From an uncultured Clostridia bacterium (GTDB taxonomy: Bacteria; Bacillota; Clostridia; Christensenellales; UBA1242), in contig CALWEJ010000007.1 in assembly GCA_944377165.1 (NCBI GenBank), positions 18,375-82,374 of the forward strand: a stretch of 64,000 nucleotides of DNA. Direction: 5' to 3'. Of the stretch, positions 22,077-33,078 are shown piece by piece (the first letter of the stretch is position 1; every line of letters begins with the position of its first letter). The position numbers were made by a program, and so were the translations under genes. The notes under the pieces were generated by a model that saw only the letters and a program-made list of their open reading frames with translations, made no database searches and was not told where the DNA came from.

Positions 22077-24029
22077 CTAGATGTCAAGATTCTTAACTAA
22101 CGTTGCATATTTTTCGATAAATTCACGTCTTGCTTCTGGTCTATCTCCCATTAACAAATCGAAAACTTCATTACAAGTCACTTCGTCTTTCATCTGTACT
22201 TTCTTTAATGTTCTGCTCTCTGGATTCATAGTTGTTTCCCACAACTGGTCTGTATCCATTTCGCCTAGTCCTTTATAACGTTGCACATCATAGCCTTTTT
22301 CACTACCGTTTAGCGCATTTTCTTTTTCTTCTTCGCTATAATAGTAATTCACTTGTTTACCGCGTGTGACTTTATATAGTGGTGGTTGTGCGACATACAC
22401 GTGTCCTTCTTCGATAAGCGGACGCATAAATCTGAAGAAGAATGTAAGCATTAATATCTCGATATGACTACCATCGACATCGGCATCGGTCATTATGATA
22501 ATCTTGTCATACCTTAATTTCTTAGGGTCACAATCTTCGTATATTCCGCAACCAAAAGCAGTTATCATAGCATTAATTTCAGCATTTTCAAGTGCACGAG
22601 CGAGTCTAGTTTTCTCTACGTTCAATATTTTACCGCGAAGTGGAAGTATTGCTTGGAAACGTCTATCACGACCATTTTTCGCTGTACCGCCCGCTGAATC
22701 TCCTTCGACAATAAATATTTCGCATTGACTTGCGTCCTTACTGCTACAATCTGCCAACTTACCCGGCAAAGTCGTGCTCTCTAAAGCGCTCTTTCTTCTA
22801 GTGTCCTCGCGCGCATTGCGTGCTGCTTCACGTGCACGTTGCGATAACATACATTTATTAATAAGTTCTTTGCTTTCCTTTGGGTGTTCTTCTAGGTAGT
22901 CCTTAAAGCACTCTTCCATCGCCTTAGCTGTAAATCCACGTATCTCGTCCGTACCTAATTTCGTTTTAGTCTGACCTTCAAATTGTGGTTCTTCCACTTT
23001 TACCGAAATTACAGCGACTATACCTTCACGCGTGTCTTCGCCAGATAATTTTACTTTATCTTTAACAAGTTTATTTTCAATGGCATAATCGTTGATTATC
23101 TTCATTAAACTTGCTTTAAAACCATCTACGTGCTTACCGCCTTCTTCCGTATTAATGTTATTACAATAACTATGAATGTTCTCTGTATATGTGTCTGTGT
23201 ATTGGAAACTAAATTCTATTTCACACGTTGCATCAACACTTTGCCCATTCTCGTCCTTGCGCTTATAGTGATATATTTTATCTACATATATAGGTTCAGG
23301 GAAAATTGTTTGCTTATTCTCAGTTAAATCCGAAACAAATTCTTGAATACCTCCCATAAATTGATAGATATTTTCTTGTTCCCTACCTTCGCGCTCATCA
23401 CGAATAGTTATTCTAAGCCCTTTATTTAAAAAGGCTATTTCTCTAAGACGTGATTTCAATACGTCATAATTAAATTCAGTTATAGGGAAGATTTCAAAAT
23501 CGGGCTTAAAGGTGACACGTGTACCTGTCTTATTGCTATCGCCGACAATAGCAAGTCTATCACTAGGAATACCCCTATGATATTCTTGGTGATATTGATG
23601 ACCATTTTGAAAAATGTCAAGTATAAGTGTTTCGCTAAGTGCGTTAACAACAGACAAACCTACGCCGTGCAATCCGCCTGAAATCTTATATCCGCCACCA
23701 CCGAATTTACCACCTGCGTGTAATTTAGTCAACACAAGTTCAGCGGCGCTTATACCTTCTTTCTCGTGTATGCCTGTAGGTATTCCGCGTCCGTTATCTG
23801 TGACTGAAACTGAACCGTCCGCAAGTATTCCCACTTCTATCTCATTACAATAGCCAGCGAGTGCTTCGTCTATAGAGTTATCCACAATCTCTGTGACTAA
23901 GTGATGCAATCCGCGCTCATCTGTAGAACCGATATACATCCCGGGACGTTTTCTGACTGGCTCTAGCCCTACAAGAACCTGAATCGCACTAGCTCCATAA
24001 TCGCTTGTCACCTTTAATTCATCTGTCAT
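22077..24029 (-). CDS. gyrB: DNA gyrase subunit B
   Basis: [55 protein letters not shown]. Confidence 0.98.
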   Translation of the reverse strand: MTDELKVTSDYGASAIQVLVGLEPVRKRPGMYIGSTDERGLHHLVTEIVDNSIDEALAGYCNEIEVGILADGSVSVTDNGRGIPTGIHEKEGISAAELVLTKLHAGGKFGGGGYKISGGLHGVGLSVVNALSETLILDIFQNGHQYHQEYHRGIPSDRLAIVGDSNKTGTRVTFKPDFEIFPITEFNYDVLKSRLREIAFLNKGLRITIRDEREGREQENIYQFMGGIQEFVSDLTENKQTIFPEPIYVDKIYHYKRKDENGQSVDATCEIEFSFQYTDTYTENIHSYCNNINTEEGGKHVDGFKASLMKIINDYAIENKLVKDKVKLSGEDTREGIVAVISVKVEEPQFEGQTKTKLGTDEIRGFTAKAMEECFKDYLEEHPKESKELINKCMLSQRAREAARNAREDTRRKSALESTTLPGKLADCSSKDASQCEIFIVEGDSAGGTAKNGRDRRFQAILPLRGKILNVEKTRLARALENAEINAMITAFGCGIYEDCDPKKLRYDKIIIMTDADVDGSHIEILMLTFFFRFMRPLIEEGHVYVAQPPLYKVTRGKQVNYYYSEEEKENALNGSEKGYDVQRYKGLGEMDTDQLWETTMNPESRTLKKVQMKDEVTCNEVFDLLMGDRPEARREFIEKYATLVKNLDI

Positions 24030-24324
24030 AATATCTCCTTTAAATTTTAAGTAAGCAGTAAAATTTGCTCTCTTAAATAAAAATAGAATTTATATATTAA
24101 AAATTTATGTTATATATAAATATATAACATAATTATATCAAAAAAACAATAATATATCAAGAGAAATTTTAAAGTTTTATTAAAATAAAAGTATATAATG
24201 TTATATTAAAACAAACGGCAAATTAAATGTCGGTTTTGCATAAAAAATCGCCTAAAATTAGAAATTTTACTATCTATTTTAGGCGACTATAATTATTTGG
24301 TTTTAACTTACAATCTAAATACCT

Positions 24325-26322
24325 TTAACTAATTAGACTGCCGTCTTGAAGGTTTTTATCAGGAGTGATTAATGATACATTGCCGAGTGAGTCTTCCGCG
24401 CATATAATCATACCTTCACTAATAAATCCTTTCATCTCACGCGGTGGAAGATTAGTGACAACTACGACTTTCTTTCCCTTCATTTGCTCAGGAGTATAAT
24501 ATTTTGCTATACCGCTTAAAATTGAAAGTACTTTTGTCCCTACACGTACTGACGAGTGTAAAAGTTTTGATTTTGGCACAGCTTCGCAATCTAGAACTAG
24601 CCCTACGCGCATCTCAACTTTAGCAAAATCGTCTATTGAAATTGGTTCGCTTGGCTTGAATTCGATAATTGGTGCATTCTCAATTTTTTGGTTTTCCACA
24701 ATTTCGTCAATCTTTGGTTGAATATCTGCTAAACGTATGCGGTCAAATAGTATAATAGGATTAGCGGTCACTTTATATTCACTAGAAATGCCAAATTTAT
24801 CTAATTCTTCATATTTCCTTTCAGTCACATTTAATTCGTTAAATATTTTCTTAGCTGTTTCAGGCATAAAGCAAGATAACACATTAGCGCCTATATTAAT
24901 GCTTTCTAGCAAATTAAATAGGACTTGATTTAATCTATTCTTTTTGCTCTCGTCCTTAGATAATACCCAAGGTTCGTTTTCGTCGATATATTTGTTTGCG
25001 CGTCTAAATAGTACCCACAATTCGTCTAATGCGTCTGCGATTTTATACTCGTTGATTTTCCCCATAACTCTATCACGCGTTGAAGTTGCGATATTGATAA
25101 GTTCGTCATCAAGTTGAATACGTGTATTTGAGTTTTCCACTTTTCCACCAAGATATTGGTTAGCCATACCGATAGTACGCTTAACTAGATTCCCTAAAAC
25201 ATTAGACAAATCCGCGTTGTTGCGCTCGCAAACTAATTCCCAAGTAATAGTTCCGTCCGCATTAAAAGGCATTTCTCTTAAAACATAATATCTAATACTA
25301 TCCACACCAAAAATTGAAGCTAAATCGTCTGCGTATAATACATTTCCTTTAGACTTGCTCATCTTCTCACCACCTTGTAATAGCCAAGGGTGACCAAGAA
25401 TTTGTTTAGGCAAAGGCTCGCCTAAAGCCATTAAGAAGATAGGCCAATATATTGTATGGAAGCGAATAATATCTTTACCTACAATATGGACATCGGCAGG
25501 CCAATATTTTTTATAATTTTCGCTAGGAGAATCAGTGTCGTAGCCAATACCGGTAATATAATTATTTAATGCGTCTAGCCATACATATACAACGTGCTTG
25601 CTATCAAAATCTACAGGAATACCCCACTTAAACGATGTACGAGAAACACATAAATCTTGCAATTTCGTTTTTATTGTTCCGTTATCAATCGCTTCAAGTA
25701 GTTCTTCATTAGATTTTCCGACGAATGCGTCATCAAGTAAAAAGTTATTTAACATTTCATTCTTTCTTGATACCGGTTGAATGAAATCAGGATGCGTTAA
25801 TATATGCTTTAAAAGTCTTGTTGCGTACTTACTCATCTTGAAGAAATATGATTCTTCTTTAGCCGGTTGAACTTCGCGTCCGCAGTCAGGACACTTCCCG
25901 TCAACTAATTGGCTTTCAGTCCAAAAACTTTCGCAAGGTGTACAATAAAGCCCTGTATATTCGCTCTTATAAATATCGCCCTTGTCATAAAATTTCTTGA
26001 ATATCTTTTGAACTTCTCTTTCGTGGTCGGCATCTGTCGTGCGGATAAATTTATCATATGAAACATTCATTTTATCCCAAAGACCGCGAATTGTCCCTGC
26101 GACATTATCAACAAATTGTTTAGGAGTAAGTCCGCTCTCTTGTGCCTTTAATTCAATCTTTTGTCCGTGCTCGTCCGTACCAGTCATAAAAAAGACATCA
26201 TACCCTTGCATTCGCTTAGCTCGCGCAATAGCGTCCGCTAAAATTGCTTCGTATGTATTACCAATATGTGGCTTGCCGGACGTATAAGCAATCGCCGTCG
26301 TGATATAAAATTTATCTTTCAT
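24325..26322 (-). CDS. metG: Methionine--tRNA ligase with C-terminal tRNA-binding domain
   Basis: PHIGN, GTDEHGQK, zinc knuckle, KMSKS, C-terminal OB domain. Confidence 0.97.
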   Translation of the reverse strand: MKDKFYITTAIAYTSGKPHIGNTYEAILADAIARAKRMQGYDVFFMTGTDEHGQKIELKAQESGLTPKQFVDNVAGTIRGLWDKMNVSYDKFIRTTDADHEREVQKIFKKFYDKGDIYKSEYTGLYCTPCESFWTESQLVDGKCPDCGREVQPAKEESYFFKMSKYATRLLKHILTHPDFIQPVSRKNEMLNNFLLDDAFVGKSNEELLEAIDNGTIKTKLQDLCVSRTSFKWGIPVDFDSKHVVYVWLDALNNYITGIGYDTDSPSENYKKYWPADVHIVGKDIIRFHTIYWPIFLMALGEPLPKQILGHPWLLQGGEKMSKSKGNVLYADDLASIFGVDSIRYYVLREMPFNADGTITWELVCERNNADLSNVLGNLVKRTIGMANQYLGGKVENSNTRIQLDDELINIATSTRDRVMGKINEYKIADALDELWVLFRRANKYIDENEPWVLSKDESKKNRLNQVLFNLLESINIGANVLSCFMPETAKKIFNELNVTERKYEELDKFGISSEYKVTANPIILFDRIRLADIQPKIDEIVENQKIENAPIIEFKPSEPISIDDFAKVEMRVGLVLDCEAVPKSKLLHSSVRVGTKVLSILSGIAKYYTPEQMKGKKVVVVTNLPPREMKGFISEGMIICAEDSLGNVSLITPDKNLQDGSLIS

Positions 26323-26396
26323 ATTTTCTCCTTAATAAATGTATATGATTTTTATTTAATGTGGAATTTTAATTATATATATTTCAATTCCAATAG

Positions 26397-26978
26397 TTAT
26401 AATCGTTTAATTGTGTATGCTAGAAAGTGCTTGCTATCATACTCTAATTTATATTTGTCGTACTTAAACTTTGGATAATGTTCTGGGTGCGGATTTCTAA
26501 ATTTCTTTTTCTTAATAATTTTAAAGCCCTTTTCCTTCAAGTATTCTTCAATATATCTAAAGTGAACGCACGGGTCTTCTAATACGTCAATAATTATATA
26601 ATAATCTGACTTAATATCCATAATATGACCGAACATACTTTCAAAAGAATTATTGAAATGTAGAGCTTCGCCTAGCGACAAATGTACTAGACATAAATCA
26701 TATTGTTTCCTAAAAGTTGTTTCACAAATGTTGGCTTCAACTGTTTCTAGTCGGTCACTATCAATAGAATTTTCTAGCATATTTTTCTTTCTATTGTCAC
26801 CCGGAAAAATTACAGCATCTACCTTAGCAGTAGGAAAATATTTCAACAAAATACTTGCACTAACTTTACCGCTACCCGCGTCGATAACTTTCTTTATCTC
26901 ATCTTTTTTTAGCGGTTTAATCATAGTGTGTACCATTCTATCGTGTATTGTTTTAGATGTATCAAACAATTTTTCCAT
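26397..26978 (-). CDS. Putative class I SAM-dependent methyltransferase-like protein
   Basis: VIDAGSG motif I; YDLCLVHLS. Confidence 0.55.
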   Translation of the reverse strand: MEKLFDTSKTIHDRMVHTMIKPLKKDEIKKVIDAGSGKVSASILLKYFPTAKVDAVIFPGDNRKKNMLENSIDSDRLETVEANICETTFRKQYDLCLVHLSLGEALHFNNSFESMFGHIMDIKSDYYIIIDVLEDPCVHFRYIEEYLKEKGFKIIKKKKFRNPHPEHYPKFKYDKYKLEYDSKHFLAYTIKRL

Positions 26979-26995
26979 ATACCCCTACCTTTTAA

Positions 26996-27385
26996 TTATG
27001 GAAGATTTAATTTTGAATTTAAGTTGCTAGCCTTATATTCTTCATATTTCATAACTACACAAGTTGGACCGTGCTCGCGCAACTCGTCTAACATATCTGG
27101 AAATAATTTATCTAACTTGTTTAAAAAGGAAAATTTGTGCTTAGATTTCAGTAATTTTCTCACCGCATCATTGTCCATTTCTCTATGTCTACCCAAGAAA
27201 TACCATAAATGTGCAATTTGATAGTACTGTAAATCGGTTAAGAATTTAAATTCGTTCTCGCTAAAGTTTGCATACGGACTTTTAAGTTCTTTCCGCTCAG
27301 CGACAATATCCGCATTCTTTTTTGCATTTTTCAAATATGTAGTTAGTTCGCGTATTAAAGTCTTTTCCATATGATTTTCCTTCAA
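26996..27385 (-). CDS. Hypothetical protein
   Basis: ORF in operon with dtd; no recognisable motif. Confidence 0.55.
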   Translation of the reverse strand: MKENHMEKTLIRELTTYLKNAKKNADIVAERKELKSPYANFSENEFKFLTDLQYYQIAHLWYFLGRHREMDNDAVRKLLKSKHKFSFLNKLDKLFPDMLDELREHGPTCVVMKYEEYKASNLNSKLNLP

Positions 27386-27816
27386 TATTCTTTATAGATT
27401 GTGACCGGCCCGTCTAGGGTTGTTTCTATCATCATATCTTCGCCGAATGCACCTAATTTTACTTTCACACCAAGTGAAGTTAATTCGTCGGCGAGTTTTA
27501 GATAGAGCGATTTTGCTTGCGTTTTATCTGCTGATAAACTGAAATCTGGTCTTGCGCCTGTCCCTGAGCCTGTACATAAAGTAAAATTAGATACAAGCAA
27601 AACTTCGCCGTTTATATTAAGCACACTATCATTCAATTTATTATCGCGCTCAAAGATTCGTATAGTCGCGATTTTGTTAGCGCAATGTTTAACTTGTTCC
27701 ATTCCGTCGCCCTTGCATACTCCTACAAGCACAATTAGCCCTTTACCAATTTCGCTAATAAGCTCGCCACTGACGGTAAGTTTTGCTGACTTCACTCTTT
27801 CAATAACTATTCGCAT
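27382..27816 (-). CDS. dtd: D-aminoacyl-tRNA deacylase
   Basis: MRIVIERV, IGKGL, SNFTL, GARPDF, GAFG, DGPVT. Confidence 0.93.
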   Translation of the reverse strand: MRIVIERVKSAKLTVSGELISEIGKGLIVLVGVCKGDGMEQVKHCANKIATIRIFERDNKLNDSVLNINGEVLLVSNFTLCTGSGTGARPDFSLSADKTQAKSLYLKLADELTSLGVKVKLGAFGEDMMIETTLDGPVTIYKEY

Positions 27817-27821
27817 AGCCT

Positions 27822-28241
27822 TTATCCGCGCGCTATTTTATTAACAAGGCTCATATCAACTTTACCTTTAAAGTTAGCGCTAAAATGTTTCATAACAGCG
27901 CCTAGTGACTTATCATCAAGTTTAGTGATTTCTGCCTTAATCTCTTCTTCACTCATCATCTTAGGAAGATATTTTTCAATGATTTGTTTTTGTTTTTCTA
28001 TATTTTCCGCTTCTTCCGCGTTTCCAGCCTTGATATAGTTTTCTTTTTCTTCAGTTAATTCCTTTTGAGTCTTTTGCAAAATAGCGATGACGTCCGCGTC
28101 TGTTTGCTCTTTGCCTTTTTCTTTAAGTTCAATATTGTTTAATAAAACTTTATTCATAACTACGCCATAAATTGCGCGCGCCAAACTATCGTGTTCTTTC
28201 ATTGCCATTAAATTTGCTTTCTTAATCTCATCAATAATCAT
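27822..28241 (-). CDS. GatB/YqeY domain protein
   Basis: AMKEHD..., YIKAGN, YLPKMMSEEEI, GAVMK, GKVD. Confidence 0.88.
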   Translation of the reverse strand: MIIDEIKKANLMAMKEHDSLARAIYGVVMNKVLLNNIELKEKGKEQTDADVIAILQKTQKELTEEKENYIKAGNAEEAENIEKQKQIIEKYLPKMMSEEEIKAEITKLDDKSLGAVMKHFSANFKGKVDMSLVNKIARG

Positions 28242-28252
28242 ACTCTCTCCTT

Positions 28253-28681
28253 TTATCTTTCTCTAAATTTTTTAGAAAGTTTAATAAATTCATTATAGAA
28301 GTATTCAAATTCATTCTCGTTTGCTATATGTGTAAAATCAATTTTCTCTTTTGTGGCAGAATTACAAATATATTTTATATGAAATATATATTCATTTTTG
28401 TTTTTAGTACAATCTATTTTTAAATATGGTTCTATTGTATCTAAGAAACAATGGTCTATCTCTTGATTTTTTAGTTTTGTCAATTTGTCAACAAAATCAG
28501 TTAGTTCCATTGAAAGTACACACGCACGTGAATATTTATCCACATAATCTAAATCGTCATACTTGATAGTAATAATCAACCAATTATTATCCCAATGCTC
28601 GCCGTTTTCTTTATACTCAAATTCATAACCTGATATATCAATATCTAAAGTATAGCCTTTTTCATTTACGAATGTTATTAT
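28253..28681 (-). CDS. Hypothetical protein, WapI-immunity-like; frame extends upstream of the called TTG
   Basis: In-frame extension ITFVNEKGYTLDIDISGYEFEYKENGEHWDNNWLII behind an AGGAG RBS; only ATA codons at the expected start position. Confidence 0.5.
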   Translation of the reverse strand: MITFVNEKGYTLDIDISGYEFEYKENGEHWDNNWLIITIKYDDLDYVDKYSRACVLSMELTDFVDKLTKLKNQEIDHCFLDTIEPYLKIDCTKNKNEYIFHIKYICNSATKEKIDFTHIANENEFEYFYNEFIKLSKKFRER

Positions 28682-28704
28682 TTCTCCTATAAATTACGCT
28701 TACT

Positions 28705-30141
28705 TTATTCTTTAAACACGTCGTCTATGTCGTCGTTAGCAACAGGTGTTAAGACAACGTCTTTTTGTACTTTGCTAGTATTTTTTGTGTATAAAGTGTC
28801 TTTCCCCGGCTCGTAGAATTGTGTATATTCGCTTCTCCACTTAATAGGAATAGTTCCGCGCATACCATTTCTATGCTTTGCGATAACTAGCGAATAATCT
28901 AGCGCGTCGTCGTCGCTATTTTCGTCCGCATCTTTACTTGCAATATCTGCTATAAACATAACAATATCTGCATCTTGTTCGATACTACCTGACTCTCTAA
29001 GGTCACTTAATTGCGGAGTCTTATCTGTACGTTTCTCGCTCTCACGGTTTAATTGTGAAAGTAAGATTATAGGGACTTCTAGTTCACGTGCAGCAAGCTT
29101 AATTGCACGTGTAAATTCTGCGACTTCTTGCTGACGATTGACTTCTTTGCCTTCATTCTTACTTTTCATAAGTTGAAGATAGTCAATAATGACCATATCT
29201 AGCCCATTTTGCGCCTTTAATCTACGGCATTTAGATAGTATATCTGCTGGAGTGACATTTGTAGTGTCGTCTATATATATATTTGAATTTTCTAATATTT
29301 TCTTTGTTTCAAAAAGTGTAGCCCAAACGTTATTGTCTTTCGTCCCGCCCTTAATTAAGTTCATATCGACTCTACCGGTCGAACAAATGAAACGTTGTGC
29401 AACTTGTAAACTTGACATTTCTAGGTCGAACATTGCAATAGATTTTCCGTACTTCAATGCTGCGTTTACTGCGAAATTCACGGCAAGAGTAGTTTTACCA
29501 ATACCCGGACGCGCCGCAATGATAATAAGTTCACCCGGTTTAAATCCGTTTGTATATCTATCAAGTGTAGGGAAGCCAACTTTAATACCCATATTTGCAT
29601 TAGGGTCAATCGAGATTTTTTCCATTAAATCAATAGCCTCCGTCACCCCTTTACGAATATGCTCAAGTGTATTTGTGCGCTTAGTTTGTGCTATATCAAA
29701 AATAGTTTTTTCTGCGTTCGCTAGAACGTAATCAGCAGTATTTCCTTCGAAAGCTTCATTGATAATTCTTTGACTAGCATCAATGACTTGTCGCAAAATA
29801 CTGTCATTCCTGATTATATCCATATAATGCTTATAGTTAGCCGCGCTTGGTACAAAGTTAGTTAAATCAGTGATATAACTAAGCCCACCAACTTCTTCTA
29901 ACTCACCCTTTTTAGTAAGTGCTGTGCTAACTGTGACGTAATCAATAGGCACACCTGACGAATAAATATCTAGCATTGCCTTATAAATTTTCTTATGCGC
30001 GGTAGAATAAAAATCGTTTTCATTCAGTTGCGGAAAGACGTCCGCACACGCATCGCTTGAAATGAAAAGTGAGCCAAGCAGACTTTGCTCAGCTTCCAAA
30101 TCATTAGGCATAATTCTAGGTTTAGATAAATTCTTTTCCAT
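28705..30141 (-). CDS. dnaB: Replicative DNA helicase
   Basis: EAEQSLLG, AARPGIGKT, LEMS, IDYLQL, LSQLNR, DLRESGSIEQDAD, KHRNG. Confidence 0.97.
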   Translation of the reverse strand: MEKNLSKPRIMPNDLEAEQSLLGSLFISSDACADVFPQLNENDFYSTAHKKIYKAMLDIYSSGVPIDYVTVSTALTKKGELEEVGGLSYITDLTNFVPSAANYKHYMDIIRNDSILRQVIDASQRIINEAFEGNTADYVLANAEKTIFDIAQTKRTNTLEHIRKGVTEAIDLMEKISIDPNANMGIKVGFPTLDRYTNGFKPGELIIIAARPGIGKTTLAVNFAVNAALKYGKSIAMFDLEMSSLQVAQRFICSTGRVDMNLIKGGTKDNNVWATLFETKKILENSNIYIDDTTNVTPADILSKCRRLKAQNGLDMVIIDYLQLMKSKNEGKEVNRQQEVAEFTRAIKLAARELEVPIILLSQLNRESEKRTDKTPQLSDLRESGSIEQDADIVMFIADIASKDADENSDDDALDYSLVIAKHRNGMRGTIPIKWRSEYTQFYEPGKDTLYTKNTSKVQKDVVLTPVANDDIDDVFKE

Positions 30142-30149
30142 CTTTCCTC

Positions 30150-30413
30150 CTACTTAAATACGTCCTTTTTATCTTCTAATATTTCGCTATCTTTTTTGCG
30201 TTTTTCTTTCGCGCGCACAATGAGTTCTTCAATGAGTACCACTATACCCATTATAAGTACGAAAATCGCTATTTGCAACGCGTCGCTCGTTATAATATTA
30301 CGCATAAGAAAAGCAAAAATAAGAAGAAACGGCAAAGTCCACAAAACAGTAATCGCAATACGCTTTGCGACTCTCATAAAACTTTGCGCTATTTCTTCAT
30401 TATTATTTTTCAT
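30150..30413 (-). CDS. Small 2-TM membrane protein
   Basis: Two hydrophobic helices; TAATG coupling to typA. Confidence 0.7.
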   Translation of the reverse strand: MKNNNEEIAQSFMRVAKRIAITVLWTLPFLLIFAFLMRNIITSDALQIAIFVLIMGIVVLIEELIVRAKEKRKKDSEILEDKKDVFK

Positions 30414-32230
30414 TATATCTCCGCGTTAGGTTTTCTACTCTTAGCACGTAATGAGTGGTCAAGTATGCGTTTCCTAATTCTTATAGACTTCGGTGTCACT
30501 TCAACTAATTCGTCGTCTGAAATAAATTCAAGCGCTTCTTCTAGTGTTAAAGGTTGAATAGGAGTAAGTCTAAGTGCTTCATCGCTCGAACTTGAACGTG
30601 TGTTTGTAAGTTGCTTTTTCTTACATACATTAACGACAATATCTTCGCCTTTAGGGTTAGCGCCAACGACTTCGCCCATATATACTTTTTCGCCCGGCTT
30701 TACAAGTAATCTTCCGCGACCTTGTGCATTGAATAGACCGTAAGTAATTGCTTCTCCCGTTTCGTATGAAATCAACGAACCGAATGTTCTTCCTCCAATT
30801 TCTCCCTTATATGGTTGATAACTATCAAATACACTAGACATTACACCTTCACCGCGTGTATCTGTAAGCATCTGTGATTTATAGCCAAATAGTCCTCTAC
30901 TTGGAACTAAGAATTGCAAACGCATTCTGCTTCCGATAGGTGACATATCTAATAACTCACCTTTCTTAGTACCCATTGACTGCATTATTGTACCGACGCA
31001 ATCTTCTGGCACGTCAAGCACAACTTTATCTATAGGCTCGCACTTCACCCCGTCAATCATTTTAAATAATACACGTGGACGGCTTACTTGGAATTCGTAA
31101 TCATCTCTGCGCATATTTTCAATCAAAATAGATAGGTGCATTTCTCCACGACCGCGCACTTTGAATTGGTCAGCGGTATCTCCGTCTTGTACTTGTAAAG
31201 ACAAATCTTTAACGGCCTCTTTATATAGTCTATCTTTGATATGACGGCTAGTCACATATTTTCCTTCCTTGCCTGCGAATGGACTATCGTTAACCATAAA
31301 TGTCATTTCAACACTAGGTTCACTAATCTTCACGAAAGGTAGTGCCTGCATTTCACTACTTTCGCTAACTGTATCTCCGATAGTTATATCTGGAATACCT
31401 GCTAGACAAATAATATCACCTGCTAAGCCTTCTTCGATAGGGTCACGTTTAAGTCCGTCAAAGTTAAAGATATTTACGACTTTCCCAGAATAGCGCTTTG
31501 AAGAATCAAAATAGTTCATAATATAAACTGTTTGATTGAGTTTTACGTGCCCTGACTCTACTTTACCAACTGCTAATTTACCTAAATAATCGTTTTGCTC
31601 AGTAGAAGATATTAGCATTTGGAAAGGTGCATTGACGTCTGTCTTAGGTGGGTCAATATGATTAACAATCGCTTGGAAAAGTGGCTCCATATTAATGCCC
31701 GGCTTTTTATAATCAGTCGTTGCAACACCTGCACGTGCTGAAGCATAAATTATTGGGCTATTTAACTGCTCATCACTCGCGTTAAGATCGAGCATAAGCT
31801 CAAGTACTTCATCTGCGACTACGTCTAAGCGCGCATCTGGACGGTCAATCTTGTTTATAACTATGACTACTTTTAAGTTAAGTTCGAGCGCTTTTTCAAG
31901 TACAAAACGAGTCTGAGGCATTGGACCTTCGAACGCGTCAACGACAAGCAACACTCCGTCCACCATTTTTAATACACGTTCAACTTCTCCGCCGAAGTCT
32001 GCGTGTCCGGGAGTATCAACGATGTTAATCTTAACACCCTTGTAAAATGCAGAACAGTTTTTACTTAAAATTGTAATACCTCTTTCTCTCTCAAGTGCAT
32101 TAGAGTCCATCACTCTATCTTGCACTTCTTGGTTATCACGAAAAATTCCGCCTTGTTTAAGTAAGGCGTTTACTAGGCTGGTCTTACCGTGGTCTACGTG
32201 TGCTATAATTGCAATATTTCTAATTTCCAT
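30413..32230 (-). CDS. typA: Translational GTPase TypA/BipA
   Basis: [41 protein letters not shown]. Confidence 0.98.
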   Translation of the reverse strand: MEIRNIAIIAHVDHGKTSLVNALLKQGGIFRDNQEVQDRVMDSNALERERGITILSKNCSAFYKGVKINIVDTPGHADFGGEVERVLKMVDGVLLVVDAFEGPMPQTRFVLEKALELNLKVVIVINKIDRPDARLDVVADEVLELMLDLNASDEQLNSPIIYASARAGVATTDYKKPGINMEPLFQAIVNHIDPPKTDVNAPFQMLISSTEQNDYLGKLAVGKVESGHVKLNQTVYIMNYFDSSKRYSGKVVNIFNFDGLKRDPIEEGLAGDIICLAGIPDITIGDTVSESSEMQALPFVKISEPSVEMTFMVNDSPFAGKEGKYVTSRHIKDRLYKEAVKDLSLQVQDGDTADQFKVRGRGEMHLSILIENMRRDDYEFQVSRPRVLFKMIDGVKCEPIDKVVLDVPEDCVGTIMQSMGTKKGELLDMSPIGSRMRLQFLVPSRGLFGYKSQMLTDTRGEGVMSSVFDSYQPYKGEIGGRTFGSLISYETGEAITYGLFNAQGRGRLLVKPGEKVYMGEVVGANPKGEDIVVNVCKKKQLTNTRSSSSDEALRLTPIQPLTLEEALEFISDDELVEVTPKSIRIRKRILDHSLRAKSRKPNAEI

Positions 32231-32687
32231 AAGTCATTCCTTTTAAAATACAATATATACTACCACAAAACAAAAAAAATAGCAATAATTATAACAAAAT
32301 AAAGTATATAAATAATCAAATAAATTAATAAATAATATTATAATTTTATTTATGATATAAACATACTAGACAAAATAAAATACATTTACTTTAAACTTTA
32401 TGATAAACAAACTAAGTATAGGCTCATCTTTTGAACGAAATTTAGTTCAACTTATTAATTATTATAAATATAAAAATATTTAAATTGCTATTAGAGATAA
32501 AAATAATTCCATTCTAATTAAAAATCTAATTAAAAATATTGTAATAATTTATATATTTATTATTTTTAGCTAAAATTGTTGATACTATTAACAAAATATT
32601 AAAAAACTACTATAAAATAGTTGATTTTTTGTGCGCTATTTGATAGCATTTTTATAGTTGAAGTTTTCAACAAGAAAGGAGAAAATT

Positions 32688-32972
32688 ATGAATACAATTA
32701 GTACAGGGGATTTCATTAAACAAGTAGCAGATGCATCAGGTTGCACTCAAGCTCAAGTTAAAACTATCTTGAACGCTGCCGGCGAGCAAATTAAGACTAA
32801 TTTAAAAGACGGTAAGGAAATGCATTTCATTGGCTACTTTAACGTTGGTATTAAGGCTAAAAAAGCAGGCGTTAAACTTAACCCATTCACTGGCGAAAAG
32901 ATTAAAATCGCAGCTTGCAAAGTACCTACAGTTAAATTAAGCGCTACATTCAAGAAATTGTTGAAAAAATAG
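32688..32972 (+). CDS. hup: HU family DNA-binding protein (divergent)
   Basis: HU-like length and helices, NPFTGEKIKIAA; AAGGAG RBS before ATG 32688. Confidence 0.82.
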   Translation: MNTISTGDFIKQVADASGCTQAQVKTILNAAGEQIKTNLKDGKEMHFIGYFNVGIKAKKAGVKLNPFTGEKIKIAACKVPTVKLSATFKKLLKK

Positions 32973-33001
32973 AAGACGAATTTATTTCGTCTTTTTTTTT
33001 A
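32973..33001 (+). terminator. Intrinsic terminator after hup
   Basis: AAGACGAA-TTTAT-TTCGTCTT followed by a T-run. Confidence 0.75.
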
Positions 33002-33078
33002 TAAAATTTTTGTTTTATGATAAATTCATTTGTAATTTTGCATTTTTTTGCTATAATAATTTTAATTAAGGGGGAAAT

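Noticed and set aside
26323-26396. T-box upstream of metG; riboswitch upstream of the pnuC-like gene (50940-51110)
   Set aside because: The metG intergenic region is too short, and neither region shows the consensus motifs
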